DNA of 64,000 nt, from assembly GCF_006345805.1 (NCBI RefSeq), contig NC_043005.1, positions 93,558,001-93,622,000 on the forward strand. The letters run 5' to 3'. Below the pieces are notes generated by a model. That model was not told the origin of the DNA. It saw only the letters and a program-made list of their open reading frames with translations, and made no database searches. Each line of letters begins with the position of its first letter. Positions within the stretch are counted from its first letter, which is position 1. A program made the translations under genes and the position numbers. This document shows, piece by piece, positions 28,388 through 39,522 of the stretch. Source of the DNA: Octopus sinensis (lineage: Eukaryota).

Positions 28388-28538
28388 AGGCTTCTTTCAG
28401 TTTCCGTCTACTAAATCCATTCACAAGGTTTTGGTCAGTCCAAGGCTATAGTAGAAGATACTTGCCCCAGGTGCCACGCAGTGAGACTGAACTCGGAATC
28501 ATGTGGCTGGGAAGCAAACTTCTTACCACAAAGCCACA
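28388..28538 (-). mobile_element. SINE family S2, 5' half
   Basis: Reverse complement gtggctttgtggtaagaagtttgcttcccagccacatg..ctggggcaagtatc. Confidence 0.8.
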
Positions 28539-29363
28539 GATTGTATAACTTTTTATCAGTTGCTGTTGTGTTTGTTGTGCTGAGAATGTTGACTTTGTTG
28601 GGTATTGTGTGTGTTTTGTGTATGGGTGTGTGCTTGTTAGTGTATGTACTTTTTCAACTCACACACTCGCACACACTCACATATACATACACACACACAT
28701 ATATATATAAGTGTATATGTTTGTGAGAGAGTGCGTGTACAGATGTGTGCGTGCGTGTGTATTATGTATGTCTGCATGTATATATGTGCATAAATGCATG
28801 TATACAAGTATGTATGTGTGTGTGTGTATTTATGTGTATAAGCTTATATTTTCTGTGTGTATTTTTGTACGTTATGATTGTGTATGTACGTGCATGTTTA
28901 TTCATTTGCATGTGTGCGTGTGAGAGAGAGGGGAGAGCGAGAGAAAGTGTGTGTGTGACACATGTATATGTTTACGTATTTGAAGGTTATGTGAAAAATT
29001 TTATTTACAGATAGCATTGTAGAATGTAGGCCAAGAAAATGTATGCAAAATTCCAGACAAGTTTAGACAGGACAGAGGTGTTGGAGTAATGAGGAAACAC
29101 TGTGAAGCTTCATGATCATTCATGTTTAACAATAGACTGGTGTTTGTTGTAGTGGTAAGGGTTCGGTGGTGGTGCTGGTGGCTATGGTGCTAGTGGTTCA
29201 GGTTATGCTGACTAATAGTTGCATATGAGATTGAAGCCTTGTAGTTGTTGTTATTGTGGTTTAACTCCGGGGTGGGGGGAGGGCCTAATTGAGCAAAGAT
29301 CAAAGACGTTCCATTCGTGACAGTCCCATCGTTAGGGTTCAAACTGCTACAATATGACTTCTA

Positions 29364-30618
29364 CGAGGGTCGACTGAAAAATGTATAGGCTGACCAAGAT
29401 GCTCTTATGGAATGTGACCAAATGAAGTTATTTTTCACCAGCCCCACCCCCCTGCGGTCCACACACTTCTTCCATCGGTGTTGCAGTGTTTGGATTTCAT
29501 TGGTGAAGAAGCTGTTGCTCAAAAATCTTCCGCAGTAGATATGTAGTCACCATTACTGCGATACTGGTTCCCAGCCAAGTGTTTTTTGTTTATGTTGGGT
29601 CGCCAGATGGGGTCAAGTCAGGAGAAAGGAAGAGTGATCAACCAGTTCAAGGCCACAGACATGCAGAGCAGCCATTGAAACTGAGCACTTGTGTGACGGA
29701 GCATTGTCCTGATGTAACAAGTTTACTCTCGTCAGTTTTCCTAGGCGTTTGGTCATGTTGGCCTTTCGTTACTGCCTCAGCAAGTTGACATAACACTCTC
29801 TATTGGTGGTGAGGTCATTTTAAAGATAGTCAACAAACACATTGCCTTTTGCATCCTAAAAAACTGAGGCCATCATCTTCCTTACAGATGAAGCGATACT
29901 TTGGAATGGGTACATCTGCCGCATGGATTGTCCCTTTGTCTCTGGCTCAAAGTGATGAACCCAACACTCACCCTGGCTTAGGAAACTTTCGAAGAAATCA
30001 GCTCCATCTGCCTCAAACAATGTCAGATTTTCCTGTGATCAGCCTGGGGCGCTTTTGACCAGGTGTCAGAAGATGTGGCACTCACCGAGCAGAAACCTTC
30101 ATCATGCCAAGTTCATTGTGCAAAATACTCTCCACTCTTCCATGGGATATGCTAACGGCATTGGCTATTTGGTTTATGGCCAATCGCCTGTCACTGTCAT
30201 CCATCAGCATGTGGTGAATACGGTCAATGTTTTCTTCAGTAATGGCAGTTGCAGGATGTCCAAACCCTGGGTCATCTTCAAGACTCTCCCTTCCCTTTCT
30301 AAATTCAGGGACCCACTTTTGCACTGTTGATAAACCTGGAGCATCATTCCCTAATGTTGCAACCATGTCAGCATGAATGTCCTTGAGGGCTAAACCCCTT
30401 TTTCGGCAGATAACACAACGATGCAAAATTTTGTCCGTTTTCAAAAGAAGTCACTACAAGTTACTTTCGAAATCTCCTTCAAAGAGTCAGATGTCAGTTT
30501 ACCTGGAAAGAAACGATGTAGTTATTTATAAGAAGAGTTGAAATTAATGCATGCAAGATTTCACAGCTCTAGCATCACTCCTTCATAATCGGTCTATGAA
30601 CATTACGGCCCATCTTCG
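29364..30618 (-). mobile_element. Mariner (Tc1/mariner) DNA transposon, full length (~1.25 kb), inactivated transposase
   Basis: TA on both sides (29362-29363, 30619-30620) and degenerate TIRs; HTH region 30082-30444; remnants of WVPHLLT, WVHHFEPETKGQSM and FSPDLTPS motifs, with stops and frameshifts. Confidence 0.92.
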
Positions 30619-30892
30619 TATTTCAAACATGTCAACCGTCCACATGGAGTCTTCCTCGTCGGTTGTTTCCTCAAGATTTTAATGTTATTTAACCCCAGTT
30701 CAGCACTGATGGTCAAAGGCCTGCAAAATCCATGACCACACCGTCTTCAGTTCATACTAAGGTGTATCTTATATTCTGTGATTTGAGGGGAAATTAGCTG
30801 TTATTTCTAGCGGGTGAAGTGACAACATAGAGATCCTCTTGTTGGTTCTTTGTAGCCGTTGCATGAAATCGTCGTGATGGCCATTATAATGA

Positions 30893-31120
30893 AGGCGATG
30901 AACTGACAAAATCGTTAGAGCGTCACAAGAAATACTCTGCAGTACATTTTCCCGGTCGTTTATGTTCTGAGTTTCAAATCCCTCCGATGTAAAATTTATC
31001 TTTCATTTTTTTTTTTCAGGATCGATAAAATAAAGTACCCGTCAAGTACTGAGAGTGGTGGTATCGTCTAATACCCCCACCACCTCAAAGTTGCTGACTC
31101 TGTACTTAAATTAGAAACCA
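30893..31120 (+). mobile_element. Diverged SINE family S1
   Basis: gaaggcgatgaactgacaaaatcgttag..ttctgagtttcaaatccc..atcgataaaataaagtacc. Confidence 0.65.
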
Positions 31121-32389
31121 TTGTAATCGCCAAGTTGGTTGTGGCTGTTTTGTGATTGCGGTGACGGCTTCTTTGTGTGCGTGCGTTGGCTGTGACAACG
31201 TGAATAAGTTGAACTTCTCGTTCGAACGATAGACTATAAATCTATACTCTCAGAGCATGACTGGCTGTTCTCAGAGTCATGGACCGAGAAGAACAAAGTT
31301 TAGTGGGAAAAAAAGATAAAAGAACAAGGGCCAAAGTTCTCAGTCGTGCAAGAAAACTGACTCATGTTTGGCTGGGAGTATTTTTAATTTTCTCATATTT
31401 GTTTCAACCCACTGGCTGTGACCATGACAGGGAGATAGATTTTATTTATATATTTATTCTATTTTGAGAAAGGTTTTGGTAAAGTGGATCATTTTTAACG
31501 ATAACGATTCAAAAAGACATTGTATTTGTGTAATCGACTTACGATCTCATTTGTACAAGTTTTTATCATAACTCGAACATAAAGCAGCCACGTGACCAGG
31601 TTAGCAGACAAGATATTAGAGCAAAGATAGATAGGTGGAATTCGGTGAACTTGCAGGGTAAAAAAGACTAGGGTTGCTATATCTGAACAATCACAATCCA
31701 GGACAGCTCTACTGACAGTCACCACAGAGGTTTGTGAGGATTGTCAGTAGAGGCTTTTAAACACTGTGTATTTCATCACTGTGTATCCATCATCGTAGAT
31801 ACCAATTATACAAAACTGGATACTGTTTTGGGGTAATTGTCAATTGCAAGTATTTACTAATGATCCGATAACTAAGGAAATTCATAGTGTGGAACAAATA
31901 TAATAAATAACAATTTATTTTATATATAATAAATAACAACACAGAGTTTGACTGTGCGTGAATGTGTGTGTTCGTGTGTGCGTGTGTGCGTACGTGTGTG
32001 TGCACGCGCGCGTGCGTGTCTGTATAATTTCTTAAGTGATGGGATTTGGACATTTGGATAATTTTTTTAATTCTTCCTGGACGCGAAATTTGACAGCTAA
32101 ATTCAGGACTGAGCTTGGGAAATATGGACGCCTGGCAACCACGTTTTAGCGGGGAAATTCTGACCACTTTCTTTCACTTGCCTTTGAGCATGTTGTGAAA
32201 TGATGGATGTATTGGAAAGGGCAAGGGTGTTCTATCGATCATAGTGTTTGAATATATAGAACTCTAACAGAAAATTGTCTCCAGATAACCAATTATTGTG
32301 AAATTCGCTTAACTGTGTCCATCGAGATACAGAGATCCGACAGGAGCCATGTTGTTTAATTTCCTTATTCGTATACACACACGCGCGCG

Positions 32390-32420
<31 letters not shown>

Positions 32421-32599
32421 CGCTAACCTTGGTTTTGGTGGCTCACTTCAGAGATTAATGTTTTGAGAAGAAAATGTTTTGGAATATAAGCTGCTGTTTA
32501 TATTTCCTCGCCGTATCCATGAGGCAATGTTTGGAGTATTTCAAGGAAGCAAACAAGCGTAAACCCATCCAAGAACGCTGGAATTGCCAGATGAAACGA

Positions 32600-32836
32600 A
32601 ACATAGCCATGGGTTTAAGAAGCTAGCTTTGCAACCACGTGCTTTTGAGTTCAGTCCCACTGTGCAGCACCCTGGGCATGTGTCTTCTGATCGACCAATA
32701 TCTTCTGAGTGAATTTGATTGAGAGAAACTGTGGAAACCTGTAGTATGTATGTATGTATGTATGTATGTATGTATGTATGTATGTATGTATGTATGTATG
32801 TATGTATGTATGTATGTATATATGTATGTATGTATG
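32600..32836 (+). mobile_element. SINE family S2 5' half running into a (TATG)n tract (32744-32836)
   Basis: tttaagaagctagctttgcaaccacgtg..gagttcagtcccactgtg..ctgggcatgtgtctt, then the TATG run. Confidence 0.75.
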
Positions 32837-33240
32837 TTTTGCCTTATGTATGTATTCTCATGCATATAGTTACATATCTAGCCATACTCATATATATATT
32901 TAAATGATAAACTTCTGGAAAGTTTTACATATTTTTACAGTCCCAGTGATGTATTGGATCTGTGGTCTTCGAATTAGCTTTCTCTTTTCTGGTTTTGAGA
33001 AGCCCAATTTCTCAAGATTGGTATTTAGGCAGTGTGTTAACATATCCCGGGCACCAATAATTACAGGTATAAACCTGAACTTGTAATCTGGATAGACTAA
33101 GTGCAGATTTCTTAATAGTTCAGCGTAGGTGTTCTCTTTTCCACTGATCTTCAGCTTGATGTTAACATCGGCTGGGCAGCTAATTTCAACAACTGTGCAC
33201 AATTTCTCTTCTCTATCCCAAATCACTATATTATTTTATT
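32837..33240 (-). mobile_element. 3' end of an RLE-type non-LTR retrotransposon (restriction-like endonuclease C-terminus plus short 3' UTR)
   Basis: ORF 32900-33226 IWDREEKLCTVVEISCPAD..KENTYAELL..FIPVIIGA, comparable to WIIDIACPAD..KVERY..IIVGALG at 62300-62460; ~60-nt UTR, then (CATA)n. Confidence 0.85.
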
Positions 33241-33659
33241 CAGGTCTTCACTGGTACATTCCACCAGTATTCCTTTTTATTATGAGTGGCTATGGCTTCT
33301 ACCATATTGTATGTATGTGTAGTAAAACATATGAATTTAGTCTTTCCGCTTACATTTCACTGAGAAAAAAAACATTTTTTTTTTCTCAGTGAAATGTAAG
33401 CGGAAAGACTAAATTCATATGTTTTGACCATATGTTTTAACCTATATATAAAAAAAAAAAGAAAATACATATGTATAACTAATTTCGTTCGCAAAATTGT
33501 AACAATTTTTCTGGTAAGAGGGTGATGTAGCGTGGCAGTTTCAGCAATTGTGAAAAATGACTATAGCGATTGCTAATATCTTCACTGTGTGAAAGGCAAG
33601 GCAGGAATGATCTCGTTTGAGGTTACAACCATCTTTGGCCAACCTGTTCTATTTCTAAA

Positions 33660-33905
33660 CACTAATTTGATTGGCTGACAGGACACGAGTGGTCTCTATG
33701 TGTTTCGCGCCACTGGGTGACATGTGACACGAGGGTCCCTACGAAGTCCGCCACTGATTGACACGTGACGCGAATTGTCTCGACTTATTTCGCGCCATAA
33801 TTGCGAATCAGCCAATCAAGACTTTCGGTTAAAATTCCATTTTCTGGGGTTCGGTGAGCCAACCAAACAGTATATAAACAGGAATTCATAGACACTTGGG
33901 TCTCG
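33660..33905 (+). promoter_or_regulatory. Compact RNA polymerase II promoter-like module (CCAAT, E2F-like sites, E-box, TATA)
   Basis: GATTGGCT 33669-33676, TTTCGCGCC 33703-33711 and 33788-33796, CACGTG 33762-33767, AGCCAATCA 33810-33818, TATATAAA 33871-33878; locally CpG-rich in an AT-rich context. Activity is not shown. Confidence 0.65.
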
Positions 33906-33978
33906 GTTTCCAGTTCTTTTAAGAGCTAACTTAGACCCCTGCTGCTCAACTAGAGATATGCGATTGTCTCTGCTACTA

Positions 33979-36900
33979 GCTTAATTTCTCTCTCTGTGTT
34001 GTTTTTTGACTACTCATTACCGACTACCCAATTGCTGACTTCTTCACATTTGTTCGACAGCCGGCGGCTACAGAAACATAACATGTAGGCAGTTCTGCCA
34101 CACCCCCACTGTACGAGGAGCCAAATAATGGCAGACTCAGAGACAGACATAACAGAAGCTGACATCCGTGAGCCAAAACCATTGTCTGACATGGAGTCAG
34201 ACACGGAGAAAAGAAGACCCGTAGCTAAAAGGTTAATAGCGGCACCGAGCCTGGTAGTAGGTGCCGTGAAAGAAACTCTAAACTTTGCAGCAGCAGCTGG
34301 AGGAAAAAAGAAGGAGATATGCCTTGACAACTTGGACGCTTTGGAGCAATATATTACAAGGTCCGGATCACAGACCAAATTAATACAACCCAGGGAGACG
34401 CAAGAGGACGTCGAACGGAGAACAGTGATCTTCAAGACATACAATGTCAAGGAAAGAAGAATTGGGTTCTCCACTGAAAACCAAGTAGAGAAGTGCCTTG
34501 GTCCTGTATGGGATAAAATAAAATTTATCTCCTGAGGGAAAAAATTTGCCACAGTCGAAGTGAGGTTCGGCACAGTGGAAGAAGCTAAACTCCACTCAGT
34601 GGAACCTCTGAAATCGGACGAGGTCTTTCTCCTACCTATATACATGGGCAGGAGGACCACAAAAATTACAATTACAAGGGTCCCCCCCACCCCGAAATAG
34701 AGCCTGAGAGGCTGGTGGCAGCCGTAACCTCGGGCCTCAGGGACAAGATCAACATAATCAGCGCGGTGGTGGAAGAAGCAAAATTCTGGGTCGGCCAGAA
34801 AGTGACTGTCACACTGCAGGCCGAGCCAGCCACCTTAGATGAGTTCACCGAGGCGATAGACATCAATGACAACCATCTACCAGTCATGGTGGAAGGTCGC
34901 CAGCCCAGGTGTTTCCTATGCGGGAAAAAAGGGCACATCCGGAAAAACTGCGAACCAGCAGGAACAGACAAAACAGTAAAGCCCTCAACCCCTGTCGAAA
35001 CGTCTGCTACCCCAGCAACAGTAGATCTAACAACGTCAACATCAGAAGAGAAAGAAGGAGAAGGATGGACAGCCGCCGCCGCAAAAAGAAAGCACAGGAA
35101 TCCATCCCCGGAAAAAGGAAAGACCGAAGGAAAACCTGAAGGGAAAAAGAGGGACATCAAAAAGGCGAAAAAACCGGAGAACAACAACAACGCCTACGTC
35201 GCGATCCGGACGGTCGACAGTGAGGTGATGCGACGTGTAGAAACACAGCACCTCCAAGAGATAGAGGTGGAGGAACATTTAAAAAAGGATCTGATAAAGG
35301 TCTACAAAATAAATCATAAAGCCTACAATGTACTGGCGAACAATTTCAGGAAGGATGTAGGTTCTCTGCGGATGGAGGTCTCGAGTCGCCTGTACGAGGG
35401 CCTGATCCAGCCAAACCCACGAGACCCGGTCAAGGAGGAGGCGGTTACCCCCCGCCCGGACTCGGAAGGAGCAAGGTAAGTGATTTATGGCTGTTCAAGT
35501 AGGTTGTATAAATGTACGTGGCCTGATGACGAACTGGAAACAGGGACGTTTTCTAAATGACATCAGGTCACACAATTTAGACATTGTTGTAGCTACTGAA
35601 ACTCGGTTAAAGGGACCAAGAGATCTACTCCCGCTCCTAAATGGCTACGAGAGATATATCTCTCCATGCCGGCAGGGGGCGGAAGTGGGGTGTTGGTCCT
35701 ACTTAAAAGGAATAGGGTTTCGGAGAAAAAGGTGATTTTTGTTGACCCAGAGGGCAGACTGGTCGTCCTGGACCTGACATTCAGATGTGGTAAGGAGGTC
35801 AGGCTGGTGGCGGTGTACGCACCCCAAACACAACAGACTGATTTCTTCCAAGGCCTGGAGAAATTTCTAGGGACGTCAAAACCCATAGTGATGCTAGGGG
35901 ACTTTAACGCTATCGTCGATGCGCGTGTCGATAGCGGTGGCTCCAAAAACAATAGGACACCTAACAGTGGCTTCCGGGATCTGCTGAGTCGTTTCCAGCT
36001 GGTAGATCCATATAGACAGGAACTCCCGAACGCTCCACTGTGGACGTGGTCAAATAGCGACGGGTCTTCCAAGTCTTATATAGATAGAATTCTGGTTAGG
36101 AAAGTAGACAAAGATATAGTTAAGTGTCCACTGTTCCACTTGGTCAGCTACAACGACCACAAGATGGTCACGAGTGAGCTGTACTAGAAGAGTATGTAGA
36201 AGAGGATCCGGTTACTGGAAACTCAACAAATCCCTACTGGTGATGGAGGAGTACAGAAGCCGGATTAGGTTACTAATCCAGAGGGCGTTAACTGGTTCCA
36301 TTCTCAACAATAAATGGTGGTTAACGCTCAAGAGAGCCATAAAATACGAGTCCATCAGATATAGCATAGGACTAGCAACGAAAAAGCGTAAGAAAGAAGA
36401 GGGATTAGCTAAAGCTCTAGAAGAAGCCATAAGGTCTGGCGATGGGACCCTGGTGAAAGCGAAGAGACTGGAACTGAACCAGCACCTCGAAGTCAAACAC
36501 ATGGGTTGCATCGTCAGGGCTAGAATCCGCGCAATGGGAAGCGAGGGTACTAGGGCCGCTAGATGGGCACGAGTTGTGGAGGCTCAGCACGGAAATGATT
36601 CTGACTGTGGCAGAGGCAAGGCTCCGGGACTCGATGGTTTACCCTACGAACTATATAGAAGTATGCCAGACTTGTTCGGGCCAATACTAGCCAGCGTCTT
36701 CGCGAACTGGAATCAGAATGGGAGGATCCCCAGATCTGTGCGCCGGGGAGTGGTGACGCTGATCAGGAAAGACCCGGACAAGGGGGACAGAATAGATAAT
36801 TTTAGGCCCATCACCCTGCTAAATGCAGAGGTGAAGATTTTGGCCAAGGTCTTGACGAAGAGGTTGACGCATGTCGCGAAAGATCTGATCGGGGAGGCAC

Positions 36901-38248
36901 AAACCTGTGCAGTCCCCGGAAGAACTATTCAGGACAATCTTCACCTCATACGTTACACCATAGAGGGGTTTGAAAGTAACACTGGCAGGGATGGGGCATT
37001 GGTCCATTTAGACCAGAGTAAAGCTTTCGCCTAACCGTCGTCCCCTGTCCGGATTCGTGGGTAAACAAGTTGGAGAGGCAAGTCTTCCGCTTCTTGTGGA
37101 AAGGTTCCTCCCCTCTTGTGAGACGATCTATCTGTTCTCAAGAGCCGTTAAAGGGTGGGTTAGGGATGCCTTGGCTGTTGATGCGCAGACATGCGCTGAG
37201 GCTCAGGCATCTTTGGCTCTACCTGGAAGGAGATCGGGTGTGGTCTCCGCTCGCAAGACAGACTTTCCCCAGCTTTGCCAGTTTTGGTGGTAGAGAAACC
37301 TGGTTTCGTCGCAGACTAAAATCAAATATGTGGTATTCGGAGTGCCGAAAGGCTCTCATGCGCTTCCGCAGCTCGGGCAATGCCGGTGGCTTTGGTACAA
37401 CCGCAGCATTCTATAGCAGGTTGGTAGAGGCCGGAAATGACGATACCCTGGGAAGGACCCTGGGCCTCGATGGTAATCAGTTGGACAGCCTGTTCCAAAG
37501 AACATTCGGACCAGGGACACTGGATAACTTTCAGAAGACCCTGGCCTGGCAGTGTTACAGAGGAGCCCTACCCGTTCGAGATAAACTCACAAGGCATGGT
37601 CACGGTGGACCTTCAGCATGCCCAAGGTGCGGGCAGGATGTGGAAACAGTCCTGCACGCCATCGTTCAATGTCCGGAGATTTCGGAAGTGTGGGTTTATG
37701 CCGAACACCTGTTGTCGGACGAGGGAAGAGTACAGCTGTCGTCTGAGTCAATCCTTAAAATTGACCCACCTGGTTTCATGACGAACGAAGGTAAGCATTG
37801 CTTTCTCGTGATAGTAGCAGTTGCGAAAGAGGTTATATGGAAGACGAGAATGAAAGGTTTAATGTCAGACACCATGATCTCTGGCACCGCCCTAACAAAC
37901 TTCTTCAGGTTCCATCTGAAGAGGAAGGTGGAGCTAGAGAAAAGGTGTCTGACAAAGTCTGTATTCAAAAAGAGATGGACGCATGTAGCACGGATGCTGG
38001 GTGTGAAAGGCCCTGCATGAACACGCCATGATCACCTACCAAAAGTTTCAGCTGAAATAACAGGGCTCGTGGGGTCGGCTACCCTGTTCTTTTAGCTTCA
38101 TTGTCCTTTTTTGTTGTTTGTTTTTCGATTTCATTATAACACCACTGCACATAACTCATCCGATTTCATTGTAAAAAGTTCCATGTTTTGACCCCAAATC
38201 ATTGTATTGTCCCCATCTGTGTTAATCCGTATGGATAATAAAGAAATA
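33979..38248 (+). mobile_element. Tx1/L1-clade retrotransposon with intact ends and two internal ORF2 deletions (copy E)
   Basis: ORF1 34128-35479 (CFLCGKKGHIRKNC); APE 35487-36190 (NVRGL, GDFNA, SYIDRI, NDH); RT N-part to LDQSKAF, which jumps at ~37030 to RLTVVPCP; C-terminal CPRCGQDVETVLHAIVQCP; AATAAA at 38237-38242. Flanked by 33902-33978 / 38249-38326 duplicates. Confidence 0.95.
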
Positions 38249-38688
38249 CTCGGTTTCCAGTTCTTCTAAGAGCTAACTTAGACCCCTGCTGCTCAACTTA
38301 CAGATATGCGATTGTCTCTGCTACTACCTGTTGCTACGCTAATCTATACAACTACTGAAAGCCTCTCGAGTAGATTCCAGCATCTTGCCCTATGAACAGT
38401 AAACTAAATGCCATTGTTAATTTTATGTTCAGTACCGTTGGGTATGCTCCACGCCACCCGAACACACAGACACAAAACATGCTAACGCTTACGAACTCTT
38501 AAAATCCACATGATTGTAAAATACGTAAAATAAATAATATTTATCTACCAACAGAAGACTTGTGTCAATTCACTTATGTACTATTGTCGTTTGTATGTAG
38601 TTTATGGCTTTGAATAATTCGTTAAGAGTAGAACCGCGTGCAATCGTATTTCCTACACGATACGACCAAGCGTGATCCTATTTCTTAC

Positions 38689-38719
<31 letters not shown>

Positions 38720-38789
38720 TGTATGTATGTATGTATGTATGTGTGTGTGCATGAATGTGTGTGTCTGTGTGTGTGCGTGTGTGTGTGCG

Positions 38790-39000
38790 CGCGCGCGTGT
38801 CTTTGTGTTTGTCCGCTTGACAATCGCTGTTGGTTTGTTTACGTCTCCTTAACTTAGCGGTTCGGCAAAAGAGACAGACAGATTAAGTACCAGACTTTAA
38901 AAGAACAAGTAAGGAGATCGATTTGTTCTATTCAACTCTTCAAAGCGTGCCCCAGGATGGCCGTAGTCCAACGACAGGAACAAGTGAAGAGTAAAAGAAA
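38790..39000 (+). mobile_element. SINE family S2, 3' half
   Basis: gtttgtccgcttgacaatcgctgttggtttgtttacgtctccttaacttagcggttcggcaaaag..aagtgaagagtaaaag. Confidence 0.8.
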
Positions 39001-39276
39001 TGACAATCAACGGAAGACCATTCGTTATGTTGGAACAATTATTAAGAGTCGAAAAAGGACAAGTAAATTCCTCGCTCACCGATTGAAACAGACACTACCA
39101 ATGATGTTCAGAAATGATAATATATATTCTTATATTCTTTTATTCTTATATTCGTAAAGCGCAATTCAAACACAAATAACCTGTATCTGGAACTCCACGT
39201 GAATTCGGTTCTTGTAGCATAATTTTATCTCTTGAAGTTAAGTCTAGGTTTGGGTGTTCCACAGATTATATTTAGA

Positions 39277-39522
39277 AGGCAGCGAACTGGCAGAAACGTT
39301 AGTACGCCGGATGATATGCTTAGCGGTATTTCGTCTGCCGCTACGTTCTGAGTTCAAATTCCGCCGAGGTCGACTTTGCTTTTCATCCTTTCGGGGTCGA
39401 TAAGTACCAGTTACGCACTAGGGCGTAACTGGTTACGCACTAGGACCGATGTAATCGACTTAGTCCCTTTGTCTGTCCTTGTTTGTCTCCTCTATGTTTA
39501 GCCCCTTGTAGGCAATAAAGAA
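39277..39522 (+). mobile_element. SINE family S1 variant with a Tx1-like 3' tail
   Basis: S1 head and body as at 11889; tail 39468-39522 matches the Tx1 3' UTR ends. Confidence 0.85.

Noticed and set aside
31495-31725. 76-aa minus-strand ORF; likewise 53428-53706 (92 aa) and 13545-13970 (141 aa)
   Set aside because: They look protein-like but show no identifiable motif or splice context; ORFs of this length are expected by chance. A tblastn or RNA-seq check would settle it.
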